47,055 bases of DNA, taken from positions 1 to 47,055 of the forward strand of contig JAYEGE010000004.1 in NCBI GenBank assembly GCA_034658935.1, written 5' to 3'. Origin of the DNA: Patescibacteria group bacterium (GTDB lineage Bacteria; Patescibacteriota; Minisyncoccia; Phycocordibacterales; JACOZG01). Positions 39,626-47,055 of the stretch are shown here, in pieces. A program made the translations under genes and the position numbers. The notes under the pieces were generated by a model. That model saw only the letters and a program-made list of their open reading frames with translations. It had not been told where the DNA came from and searched no databases. Each line of letters begins with the position of its first letter. The stretch's first letter is position 1.

Positions 39626-41436
39626 ATTTTGAGCACCTGGCGCAAATCAGTTTCTGACACTTCATCTTGCTCGCCCGAACGACCAGTGTCGTCTGGTCGG
39701 GCGGGTTTACTCAAACTCTGTATCGGCTGATCCGGTGAACGCGTAGAGGAAGACGGTTTATTGGCGGCAATATTACCCTTTGGCGGCAAGGCCGACTTCA
39801 ATTCTGCTTGGACCGATTGCAGAACCTGCTTTAAGTCGGCGGCATGACGCCCAGTACTCTTGTCTTTATTGGGCTGGTCTTTAAGTGAAGATAGGGGTAA
39901 AGACCCGGCCTTCTGCCGCGGCTTCCCAGGTGGTTTTTTTTCATCAAGTGCTTGAGTAATCGCTTTACCTAGAGGCTGACTAGCCGGGGCTGTGGCTGGG
40001 GTCGCCGCCGGGACAGGTCTGCCCGGACTCGACGTCGACGAGACAGATCTACTTTGCGGGACCCGTGACTGCGGCCTCCTGCCCGACTGACGAGACGCGC
40101 CGCCGGGAAACCGGGACGCGCCACCAGAGAGACGAGAAGATTTAAGATCGCTCTCTTCATGCCATTTGTTAATTTCAGCCTCCACCTCTACTTGTGGTCT
40201 AGAGTAACGCGCTCTGGAAGTAGCGATGATATCGTCACGATTAGAAACGCCATCCTGAGGTATTGGCGGCATGCCACGAGCCGAAAAAGGTTGGGAGCCG
40301 ACGCCATTGATCATCAACGTTAGATACATTTGATAAAGGCCGAGATTGACCATATCTTCTTTCATAAACGTAGGCCCAAATATCTTTTCGAATATCTCAG
40401 CATCGAAGGGGCCGACCCGATAAGAAATTATAGAACCAACATTGCCGAACACAGCCGCCCGAACCTCTTCGGACATCTGTTCGATATATTGGTGAGCGAT
40501 AGTCAAAGACAATTTGTATTTCCTGGCCTCCGACAGGATATTAGCGAAGGATTCATTAGCGAAAGATTGGAACTCATCAACATAGAAATAAAAGGAGGGT
40601 AGAGTCCGCAAAACAGGAGCCGGAATATTGGCCCGAGACATCGCCGCCAAATAGATTTTAGTGATAATCATCGAGCCCAATAAATTAGCATTGGACTCGC
40701 CCATCCGCCCCTTAGAGAGGTTAACGATTAAGATCTTTCTCTCGTCCATCACCTTACGAAAGTCAAAAGAGGATTTTGGTTGGCCGATAATGTTTCTAAT
40801 CAGAGGATTAGCAGTGAATTGACCAATCTTGTTCTGGATCGCCGGTACCGATTCGGCCGCCATCCGCTCAGTGTAGTTTGCAAACTCATCAAGCCAAAAG
40901 GAGCGGGCAGAGGGGTCAGTTGCATTTTCGACTACTTTCTTTCGATACTCTTTGTCGGAGAGAACCCGATTGACGCCAAGCAAGGTCGCCCCAGGATACT
41001 CAAGCAAAATTAAAATAGTGTTCTGTAGAATATATTCCATTCGGGCCGACCAAGCATCAACCCAAATCTTTTTGAAAGCCGACATCAGGCCATTGACCAC
41101 TAAGTGGCGCTGGTCTTTGCCAACATCCTCCATAACGTTAAAAGAGATGGGGTGCTCTAAGTCAAAGGGGGCGAAATAAACTACGTCCTTAATTCGATCA
41201 GCGGGTACATAATCAAGTAATTTCTCGGCCGTCCCACCGTGCGGGTCAATGAAGGCCATTCCCTCCCCCCGCTGAATATCCTGGATGGCCATATTCTCAA
41301 GGGTGGTAGATTTACCCATGCCCGTCTTCCCGATCACATAGACGTGACGGGCCCTATCCTCACTTTTAATACCGAACTTAGTCCGCTTACCGCGGAAATC
41401 GGTTTCGGCAAAATAAGTAATATCTCGATCATCCAT
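39622..41436 (-). CDS. VirD4/TraD/HerA-like ATPase with a disordered C-terminal tail
   Basis: RHVYVIGKTGMGKST (Walker A), IDPHG, YVDEFQ (Walker B), EARKY, AHQY. Confidence 0.88.
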   Translation of the reverse strand: MDDRDITYFAETDFRGKRTKFGIKSEDRARHVYVIGKTGMGKSTTLENMAIQDIQRGEGMAFIDPHGGTAEKLLDYVPADRIKDVVYFAPFDLEHPISFNVMEDVGKDQRHLVVNGLMSAFKKIWVDAWSARMEYILQNTILILLEYPGATLLGVNRVLSDKEYRKKVVENATDPSARSFWLDEFANYTERMAAESVPAIQNKIGQFTANPLIRNIIGQPKSSFDFRKVMDERKILIVNLSKGRMGESNANLLGSMIITKIYLAAMSRANIPAPVLRTLPSFYFYVDEFQSFANESFANILSEARKYKLSLTIAHQYIEQMSEEVRAAVFGNVGSIISYRVGPFDAEIFEKIFGPTFMKEDMVNLGLYQMYLTLMINGVGSQPFSARGMPPIPQDGVSNRDDIIATSRARYSRPQVEVEAEINKWHEESDLKSSRLSGGASRFPGGASRQSGRRPQSRVPQSRSVSSTSSPGRPVPAATPATAPASQPLGKAITQALDEKKPPGKPRQKAGSLPLSSLKDQPNKDKSTGRHAADLKQVLQSVQAELKSALPPKGNIAANKPSSSTRSPDQPIQSLSKPARPDDTGRSGEQDEVSETDLRQVLKI

Positions 41437-41477
41437 TGACCGAGATTATACCACTTTTACACCAGACAATGAATGAA

Positions 41478-42755
41478 TCAATTGGTCTGCAGAGCCTCCT
41501 TAGTATACCGATTAGATGGCGCCCATAACATCCACGAGTTTAGGCCGGAATCGTAAGTGGCTTGGATTTGGGCTCGGACCTCTTCTGGGCCATAATTACC
41601 GCCGTAATCAAAATCTTGGAGCCAGGGACGAATCTTGTGGGGATCATAAACTGGCTTGCGATAGATAGGGGGGGTACTAGTACCGATACGTTGATGAGTG
41701 TTGGCCAGCACTGTAGTAGTTGCCGAAATCGTCCTCCTCACCGCACTATCCATTGATAGCTTGATCACCTCATAAACATGATCATTGGGATTACTCCAAC
41801 CATTAAAGCCAGCCGGGTAATGTGAGGGATAAACCATTGGGGCAATATAATCGAAATAAGGCAGAGCCCGCTCCAATACCTGGCCAATATTTAAGTCATC
41901 AGTATTAGTAGTAGTCATGCCAAAGAGGTCAGCCGAGAGCACTGGCACTTGGTCGGGTGCCGCCACGCCACTGTCTGGTCTCAATTCGCCGTGCAGGTAG
42001 GTGAAGAATTTCTCGAGCACAACTGCCTTGCCTTGATTGCCGCTATGAGGAAAAGCGATGTCTTTCATATTGCCGTCGGAGGGGAAACGAACATAATCAA
42101 AATTCAATTCATCGAAACCAAGAGCGTAAGACTCTTGAGCTAGAGCAATAATATAATCCCAAAAGGGGCGGGCCCCGACATCAATAAAGGATAACTTTTT
42201 CTTGTCCTTCCATACTCCGCCATCACTGGCCCGCTTAACCGCTAATTCTGGATGAGCTGCCGCATAGAGAGGATCCTGGAAAACTGTAATCCGGCCAATA
42301 ACGTAAATCCCTTTATTGTGGAGCATCGCTACAAAATCCTCCATATCGTTGGCCCCACAATGGTCAGAAACGTAATCCACCAAGGCAGGGTGCTCAGTAG
42401 AGAAAGCAATACCGCCAGTGTAATCTTTGATATCTATAACGACACTATTCAATTCAGTTTCCTCTATCAACTCAACTAGATCCGCACGGAAACTTGGTGT
42501 CCCCGCCACACATTGAGTCATGTAGATGGTCTTAACCGCCTCCGGCGTGGCAACGTGTACTGGCCACGGCGGAACTGGCAACACCTCAGACGTCTCGTCA
42601 GTCTCTAGGTTGGAAGCATTAACGTCAGTATTATAAATTCTCGCTGGCAAGAAATCTGGCAAAACAAAGAAAGATAACCACCAGCCAAGAGAGCCCAGCG
42701 CCAGAACTACTATTAGGACCAACCAACTAGACCCGCTTGCCATCCACTGCCGCAT
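41478..42755 (-). CDS. Membrane-anchored putative glycoside hydrolase (DUF4015-like TIM barrel)
   Basis: N-terminal TM; VIDIKD, GRITVFQD, FDYVRFP, PMVYPSHY, RPWLQDF. Start uncertain. Confidence 0.75.
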   Translation of the reverse strand: MRQWMASGSSWLVLIVVLALGSLGWWLSFFVLPDFLPARIYNTDVNASNLETDETSEVLPVPPWPVHVATPEAVKTIYMTQCVAGTPSFRADLVELIEETELNSVVIDIKDYTGGIAFSTEHPALVDYVSDHCGANDMEDFVAMLHNKGIYVIGRITVFQDPLYAAAHPELAVKRASDGGVWKDKKKLSFIDVGARPFWDYIIALAQESYALGFDELNFDYVRFPSDGNMKDIAFPHSGNQGKAVVLEKFFTYLHGELRPDSGVAAPDQVPVLSADLFGMTTTNTDDLNIGQVLERALPYFDYIAPMVYPSHYPAGFNGWSNPNDHVYEVIKLSMDSAVRRTISATTTVLANTHQRIGTSTPPIYRKPVYDPHKIRPWLQDFDYGGNYGPEEVRAQIQATYDSGLNSWMLWAPSNRYTKEALQTN

Positions 42756-43026
42756 GGGTATCTGATGGATTAAGCTCGGCCAATTGTTCCACCTCCTGCC
42801 GATCAACGTCAGTCTGAGAATCGTTATCAGATTCAGATTGGCCGCCCTCATCACGGGGCGCTGACCTCAATCGCCTCAAACGTGCCAGAGAAAAAAGGGC
42901 GATTAATAGGCCGAGGAAGCTAATCAGACCTGCCTTGAGATTTTTAGGCAGGCTTAGCCAGGGTAAAAGTACAATCACCAAACCGAGAAAAAAATTATTC
43001 CAATTCTTGAAACCCTTATTGTGCAT
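42727..43026 (-). CDS. Small 2-TM hypothetical protein
   Basis: MHNKGFKNWNNFFLGLVIVLLPWL...; ATG 43026 directly follows the murC stop. Confidence 0.6.
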   Translation of the reverse strand: MHNKGFKNWNNFFLGLVIVLLPWLSLPKNLKAGLISFLGLLIALFSLARLRRLRSAPRDEGGQSESDNDSQTDVDRQEVEQLAELNPSDTHAAVDGKRV

Positions 43027-43030
43027 TAGC

Positions 43031-44356
43031 CTATGATAACAGATCGTCTGCCAGCTGAGAAATATCACCGGCGCCCAGAAGAATGACCACATCTCCCTCC
43101 CCAGTATCCCGCTCAAGACGGCTAGCGATCTGACCAAAATCAGCTAGATGGCAGATTTGTTTGCCAGTCTGCGATACAGCCTCAGCTAAGCTGGCTCCGC
43201 TAATAGTTGGGTCTGGTTTCTCTCTGGCGGCGTAGATATTGGTCACAATTACTTCATCAGCGTCATTAAAACTGGCAACAAAATCAGCAAAAAGTGATTT
43301 AATCCGACTATAGAGATGGGGCTGAAAAACAGCAATAATTTTTTTATCAGGAAAAGCCTCCCGCGCACCCTGCAAGGCGGCACGCACCTTCTGTGGGTTA
43401 TGGGCGTAATCATCGTAGACCAAGGCGCCACTTTTCATTATCCCCCTAAACTCAAAGCGCCGCCAAGCTCCAGTAAATTTATTCACTGCCTTGAGCGCAA
43501 CCGAGAGGCCGACCCCCAATGCTTCTGCTGCTACTAAGGCCGCCCTGGCATTTTCTAAGTTATGCTTCCCAGGCACCTTAAGCGCCAACTTGGAGTCCGC
43601 CGCGGCGGATCCAAGTGAGGGATAATCGATGATTTTGACTTTGCTGGCGGCAATAATTGGAGCTAAGGTGGGATTATGAGCATCGCAAATTATGAAGCCG
43701 TCAGCTGACACCTTTTGCGCCAACTCCACAAAGGCTGATTGGATATCGGCTAGGTCCTTATAATAATCTAGATGATCAAGATCGATATTGGTGATTATCA
43801 ATAGGGAAGGCGAGAAATTGAGGAAGGCCCGTTGGTATTCATCAGCCTCGAGTAATAAGTACTTGCCTCCGCCAGCTACAAAATTCGTCCGTTTCTCCGA
43901 AGAATCATCAAGTAATAAAGTGCCGACAACCACTGTTGGATCAAGGCCGGCCTCGATCATAATCTTCGCCAACATTGCCGTGGTTGTGGTCTTGCCGTGA
44001 GTCCCCGCCACTGCGATAACCTCATAATCTCGAGAAATAAGTCCGAGTATTTCTGGATAAGATAATAGGGGAGCGCCAAGCGCCTTAATCCCCTCAAGTA
44101 GCCCCGGGTCCGCAACTTTGATTGCATTGGAGTAAACGATCAAGTCAGCGTCCCGAGGGACTAAGCCTAAGTCCTGGCCAATATCTACCTTGACCCCCTC
44201 CTCCACCAAGCTATCTGTAATTTCTGACTGACCCTCATTACAACCCTCAACCTCCTTACCCAAACCCCTAAACATTCGAGCGATGGCCGAGACACCAATG
44301 CCGCCAATGCCCACAAAATAGACCTTTTTTGACTTGTGCCAATCTACTTCCAACAT
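43031..44356 (-). CDS. murC: UDP-N-acetylmuramate--L-alanine ligase
   Basis: FVGIGGIGVSA, VAGTHGKTTTT, EADE, DHLDYY, RRFE, DDYAHNP, FQPH. Confidence 0.95.
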   Translation of the reverse strand: MLEVDWHKSKKVYFVGIGGIGVSAIARMFRGLGKEVEGCNEGQSEITDSLVEEGVKVDIGQDLGLVPRDADLIVYSNAIKVADPGLLEGIKALGAPLLSYPEILGLISRDYEVIAVAGTHGKTTTTAMLAKIMIEAGLDPTVVVGTLLLDDSSEKRTNFVAGGGKYLLLEADEYQRAFLNFSPSLLIITNIDLDHLDYYKDLADIQSAFVELAQKVSADGFIICDAHNPTLAPIIAASKVKIIDYPSLGSAAADSKLALKVPGKHNLENARAALVAAEALGVGLSVALKAVNKFTGAWRRFEFRGIMKSGALVYDDYAHNPQKVRAALQGAREAFPDKKIIAVFQPHLYSRIKSLFADFVASFNDADEVIVTNIYAAREKPDPTISGASLAEAVSQTGKQICHLADFGQIASRLERDTGEGDVVILLGAGDISQLADDLLS

Positions 44357-44500
44357 ATTGGGGCCAGTATAACAGAGATCTAGACGCCGCCAAGACAGTA
44401 TGCTAATAAATAAGAGGACGGATCTTCGTTATACGAGTAGGCCGAGTAAACCAAGCAAGTGGAAAAGCACTACCCCAATAGGGAGAAAGGATGGTGCAAA

Positions 44501-45373
44501 ATGACAAGAACATCAGCGGCCGATCCGAACGCGGCGGATAGGGAAAAACAGACCATAGTCGTCGAAAGACCGTTTGGAGACGAGGCGCCAGTGAAAGTGG
44601 TCCTATTGGGCCGACCAGAGAATTGGCTACCGAGCCAAATGACCGAAGAGCAATTGGAGCGAATTGCAAATCTGGTTGCCACCCACGGTGTGGAATATGT
44701 CTTCGCCCCCGACCCCAGCACTTTCAACGCCGAGATCTGTCACCGATCGGATCTGGCGAAGATCAAGTGCCTACCAGGCACACAAGCGGTCATTAGGGGA
44801 GGACATCAGGCTGACGGCCTAGTCATAGGCCGGAGGGATGCCGTCCTCATACCCAGCGCCGATTGTGCCACCACTCTCCTTTTCCAGGCTGGAACAGGGA
44901 AATTGGTCGTTGCTCACACCGGCCTCAAAAGTCTATTGGATTTGCCGGCGATCATCGGCGAGCGCAAAGAAAAGAAAGTATCAGTCATCGTAAGAATGAT
45001 GCGGGAAATGATCGACGGGAAGAATCCCCTGGCGGCCTGGATAGGGCTATGCATTGGACCCCAGCATTTCACCTTCCCCCTCGACCATCCTCAATTCGGA
45101 GAGGGGAATAGGCGCCTGCTCGATCATCTGCATCGACATTGGCCATGTTACCTGCCGGAACCAAGGGAGTCCGGCCAGGTAGATCTCAGGGAGTTGATAC
45201 GACAGCAACTCTTGCTATGCGGAGTACCCAGACTCAATATCCTCACAGATCAGAACGACACCCATAGCGACACGCGGCTTGATAACGAACCTGCTTGGCA
45301 TAGCCACCGTCGCGGCTACGATCAAGATAGCCCGACTAGCGCCAGAAACGGTGTGCTAGTGATACACGAGTGA
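44501..45373 (+). CDS. YfiH/PgeF (laccase-domain, Cu-oxidase_4) family protein, divergent
   Basis: ADGL, SADC, AHTG, CIGP, VDL, SHRR, RNG; SD-like AAGGA before ATG 44501; promoter-like TAGACG(44381)-17 nt-TAATAA. Confidence 0.8.
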   Translation: MTRTSAADPNAADREKQTIVVERPFGDEAPVKVVLLGRPENWLPSQMTEEQLERIANLVATHGVEYVFAPDPSTFNAEICHRSDLAKIKCLPGTQAVIRGGHQADGLVIGRRDAVLIPSADCATTLLFQAGTGKLVVAHTGLKSLLDLPAIIGERKEKKVSVIVRMMREMIDGKNPLAAWIGLCIGPQHFTFPLDHPQFGEGNRRLLDHLHRHWPCYLPEPRESGQVDLRELIRQQLLLCGVPRLNILTDQNDTHSDTRLDNEPAWHSHRRGYDQDSPTSARNGVLVIHE

Positions 45374-45377
45374 AGAA

Positions 45378-45410
45378 AGGCCCCCGCACGATGCGGGGGC
45401 CTATTTTATT
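45378..45410 (+). terminator. Intrinsic terminator overlapping the murD stop codon
   Basis: 11-bp perfect stem AGGCCCCCGCA-CGA-TGCGGGGGCCT followed by ATTTTATT. Confidence 0.88.
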
Positions 45411-46801
45411 TTCTTAATTAATTTTACAAATTGATCGCCGCGGTCGTACTCATTCTTAAACAAACCGAAGGAGGCAAAGCCGGGGCTGAAGAGAATCGTA
45501 TCGCCACGTCTTGAAGAATCCACAGCCACTCCAACAGCTTCTTGGAGATTCGTAATTTCTTTTAGATTTAGCGCTGAATATTTTGCACTTTTATCTTTTA
45601 ACTTCTCGCTCCCAGATCCCGGCAACAAAATCAACCTCTTGACATATTTAGACAACTCTTTAACTAACCCACCTAATGGCAAACCCTTGTCTGATCCGCC
45701 AGCGATTAAAATCACTTTCTTTTTAGAGCCGAGAGCCTTAAGGGCGGCCAAGGGAGCATCGGGAGTCGTTGAGGTGGTATCGTTATAGACCTTAATTCCC
45801 CTAGCATCTCGGATTAACTCCAAGCGGCCTGGTACGCCTGGGAAAGTCTTGAAAACTTGCTTGCTGATTTTGTCAGGGATATTGGCGGCACGGGCGGCAG
45901 CAAGTGCTAGGGCGGCATTGGACCTATTATGCTCACCAGGCATCTTCACCTTCCAAGCCTTGGGAATTAATTTCTGGTTTACAATCTCCATTTGACCCTT
46001 TGGACTTTGAGCTTTGACCTTCCCCTCCACCTGCTCACCGACAACTAAGTGGCCACCTTTATTTTGGTATCTGAAGATATTGACCTTATCAGCAAAATAC
46101 TTTTTAAGCGAGCCATAATAATTAAGATGGTCAGGCAGTAAATTGGTAAAGACGGCAATCTCTGGGCTAATCTTATTCTCACCAAAGCCCTGCAATTGCC
46201 AGGAATCGAGCTCTAGAACAGCCCAATCCCCCGCTCTCACTTTTTTCAATAAAGGTAGGGTAGAGACACCTCTAATGTTTCCGCCTAAAACAACCTGAAA
46301 GGTTGTTCGGCCGACCGCCCCTTTACGGGGGCGGTTTAGGCCCAAATGCCTTTTCAAAATCTCATAAACCAAATAAGTGACAGTCGTCTTGCCTCGAGTC
46401 CCAGTAACCCCAATCAAATGCACGCCGGCCTCTTTCGCAATTTTCGCAAAGAGAGCCGTACTCATCTCCACTGGGACATTATACTTCCGAGCCTCGGCAA
46501 TATAGGGAGAGTCGAGGGGAACGCCAGCCGCCTTTAAAATAAGATCTGGCGATGCCTGCCCGCCTCGGGCGGAGAAATCTGCCAGACGGTGTCTGCCAAG
46601 AACATATTTGATCTTGGGATATTTTTTTAATTTAAGTAGGGAACTTTGGAGTTGCTCAGCCGTTTTTAAGTCAGTCACTGTCAGCTCAGCGCCTTGCCCA
46701 GCCAAGAACCTAATGTCGCCAAGCCCCCGGCCCAAGAGGCCAAGCCCCATGACGGTGATTTTCTTACCAGAAAAGAGATGTCGATAGGCCGTCGGCTTCA
46801 C
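45401..46801 (-). CDS. murD: UDP-N-acetylmuramoyl-L-alanine--D-glutamate ligase
   Basis: VMGLG, GVTGTRGKTT, GGNI, LELDSWQL, DHLNYY, RLE, YNDT, IAGG.DKG, SPGFASFGLFKNEYDRG. Confidence 0.93.
   Translation of the reverse strand: MKPTAYRHLFSGKKITVMGLGLLGRGLGDIRFLAGQGAELTVTDLKTAEQLQSSLLKLKKYPKIKYVLGRHRLADFSARGGQASPDLILKAAGVPLDSPYIAEARKYNVPVEMSTALFAKIAKEAGVHLIGVTGTRGKTTVTYLVYEILKRHLGLNRPRKGAVGRTTFQVVLGGNIRGVSTLPLLKKVRAGDWAVLELDSWQLQGFGENKISPEIAVFTNLLPDHLNYYGSLKKYFADKVNIFRYQNKGGHLVVGEQVEGKVKAQSPKGQMEIVNQKLIPKAWKVKMPGEHNRSNAALALAAARAANIPDKISKQVFKTFPGVPGRLELIRDARGIKVYNDTTSTTPDAPLAALKALGSKKKVILIAGGSDKGLPLGGLVKELSKYVKRLILLPGSGSEKLKDKSAKYSALNLKEITNLQEAVGVAVDSSRRGDTILFSPGFASFGLFKNEYDRGDQFVKLIKKIK
46283..46341. 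repeat. Composite double-hairpin element in frame in murD
   Basis: AACAACCT-GAA-AGGTTGTT (46289-46307) and ACCGCCCC-TTTACG-GGGGCGGT (46314-46335), enclosed by GCCTAAA/TTTAGGC. Confidence 0.8.
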
Positions 46802-46811
46802 GATCTAATTA

Positions 46812-47048
46812 TTACCACCAAAACCGCCCTAATTCAAGAAAACCAAGGCCGGCAGAGGAGGCACCCGGAGGCAGAGACAGGCTGGGGAATAATCCAGCGC
46901 CAGCACTGCCAACCGAACCCGTGAACAAGCCTAAAACAAAGGAAAGCGAGGCGACTATTAGAACAAAGAAGATGCCGAGAATGGCAGCGCCGATGATAAT
47001 CATTATCACCAACCATTTTCTCTTTGTTTCTTTGCTGGCCACTTCCAC
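46812..47048 (-). CDS. Small hydrophobic hypothetical protein (may extend beyond the window)
   Basis: KRK followed by a long hydrophobic stretch; stop 10 nt before the murD start; frame open to the window edge. Confidence 0.55.
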   Translation of the reverse strand: MEVASKETKRKWLVIMIIIGAAILGIFFVLIVASLSFVLGLFTGSVGSAGAGLFPSLSLPPGASSAGLGFLELGRFWW

Positions 47049-47055
47049 CTCGACG

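Noticed and set aside
42843-42860. Short GC hairpin in the small membrane protein gene
   Set aside because: Only a 5-6 bp stem, single copy, within chance expectation.
1-47055. Alternative genetic code (TGA = Gly) as in some CPR lineages
   Set aside because: Genes are full length under the standard code, and TGA acts as a stop in ATGA overlaps and before terminators.

Overview
Bacterial window that looks like Patescibacteria/CPR (Parcubacteria-like). This is inferred from the gene families (PG-binding surface protein, stand-alone VirD4-like ATPase, Y1 transposase, divergent murD) and from the leaderless gene starts. About 0.9-39.6 kb is a large surface-glycan locus: O-antigen-ligase-like protein, gmd/fcl, several GT2/GT4/GT-C glycosyltransferases, a Wzx flippase, GtrA, a nonulosonic-acid-type pathway (NeuB, KdsC-like, SpsF-like, DegT, SDR, AKR), methyltransferases and three B12-binding radical SAM enzymes. 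Embedded in it are an iscS-iscU-nfu-reductase-ferredoxin Fe-S operon and a RAYT-like transposase with REP-like palindromes. The right end carries the VirD4-like ATPase, a putative glycoside hydrolase, murC, a pgeF/yfiH-like gene and murD. The most striking pattern is two coexisting gene architectures. Backbone genes are tightly packed, with a -10 box 6-9 nt from the start codon and no SD. Seven stand-alone genes each carry a sigma70-type promoter, a leader (usually with a boxA-like motif), an SD and an intrinsic terminator, and most sit next to genes of their own pathway. Short palindromes and heptamer repeats are also inserted in frame in coding sequences. No rRNA, tRNA or CRISPR array was seen. 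All family calls come from motif recognition, not database searches.
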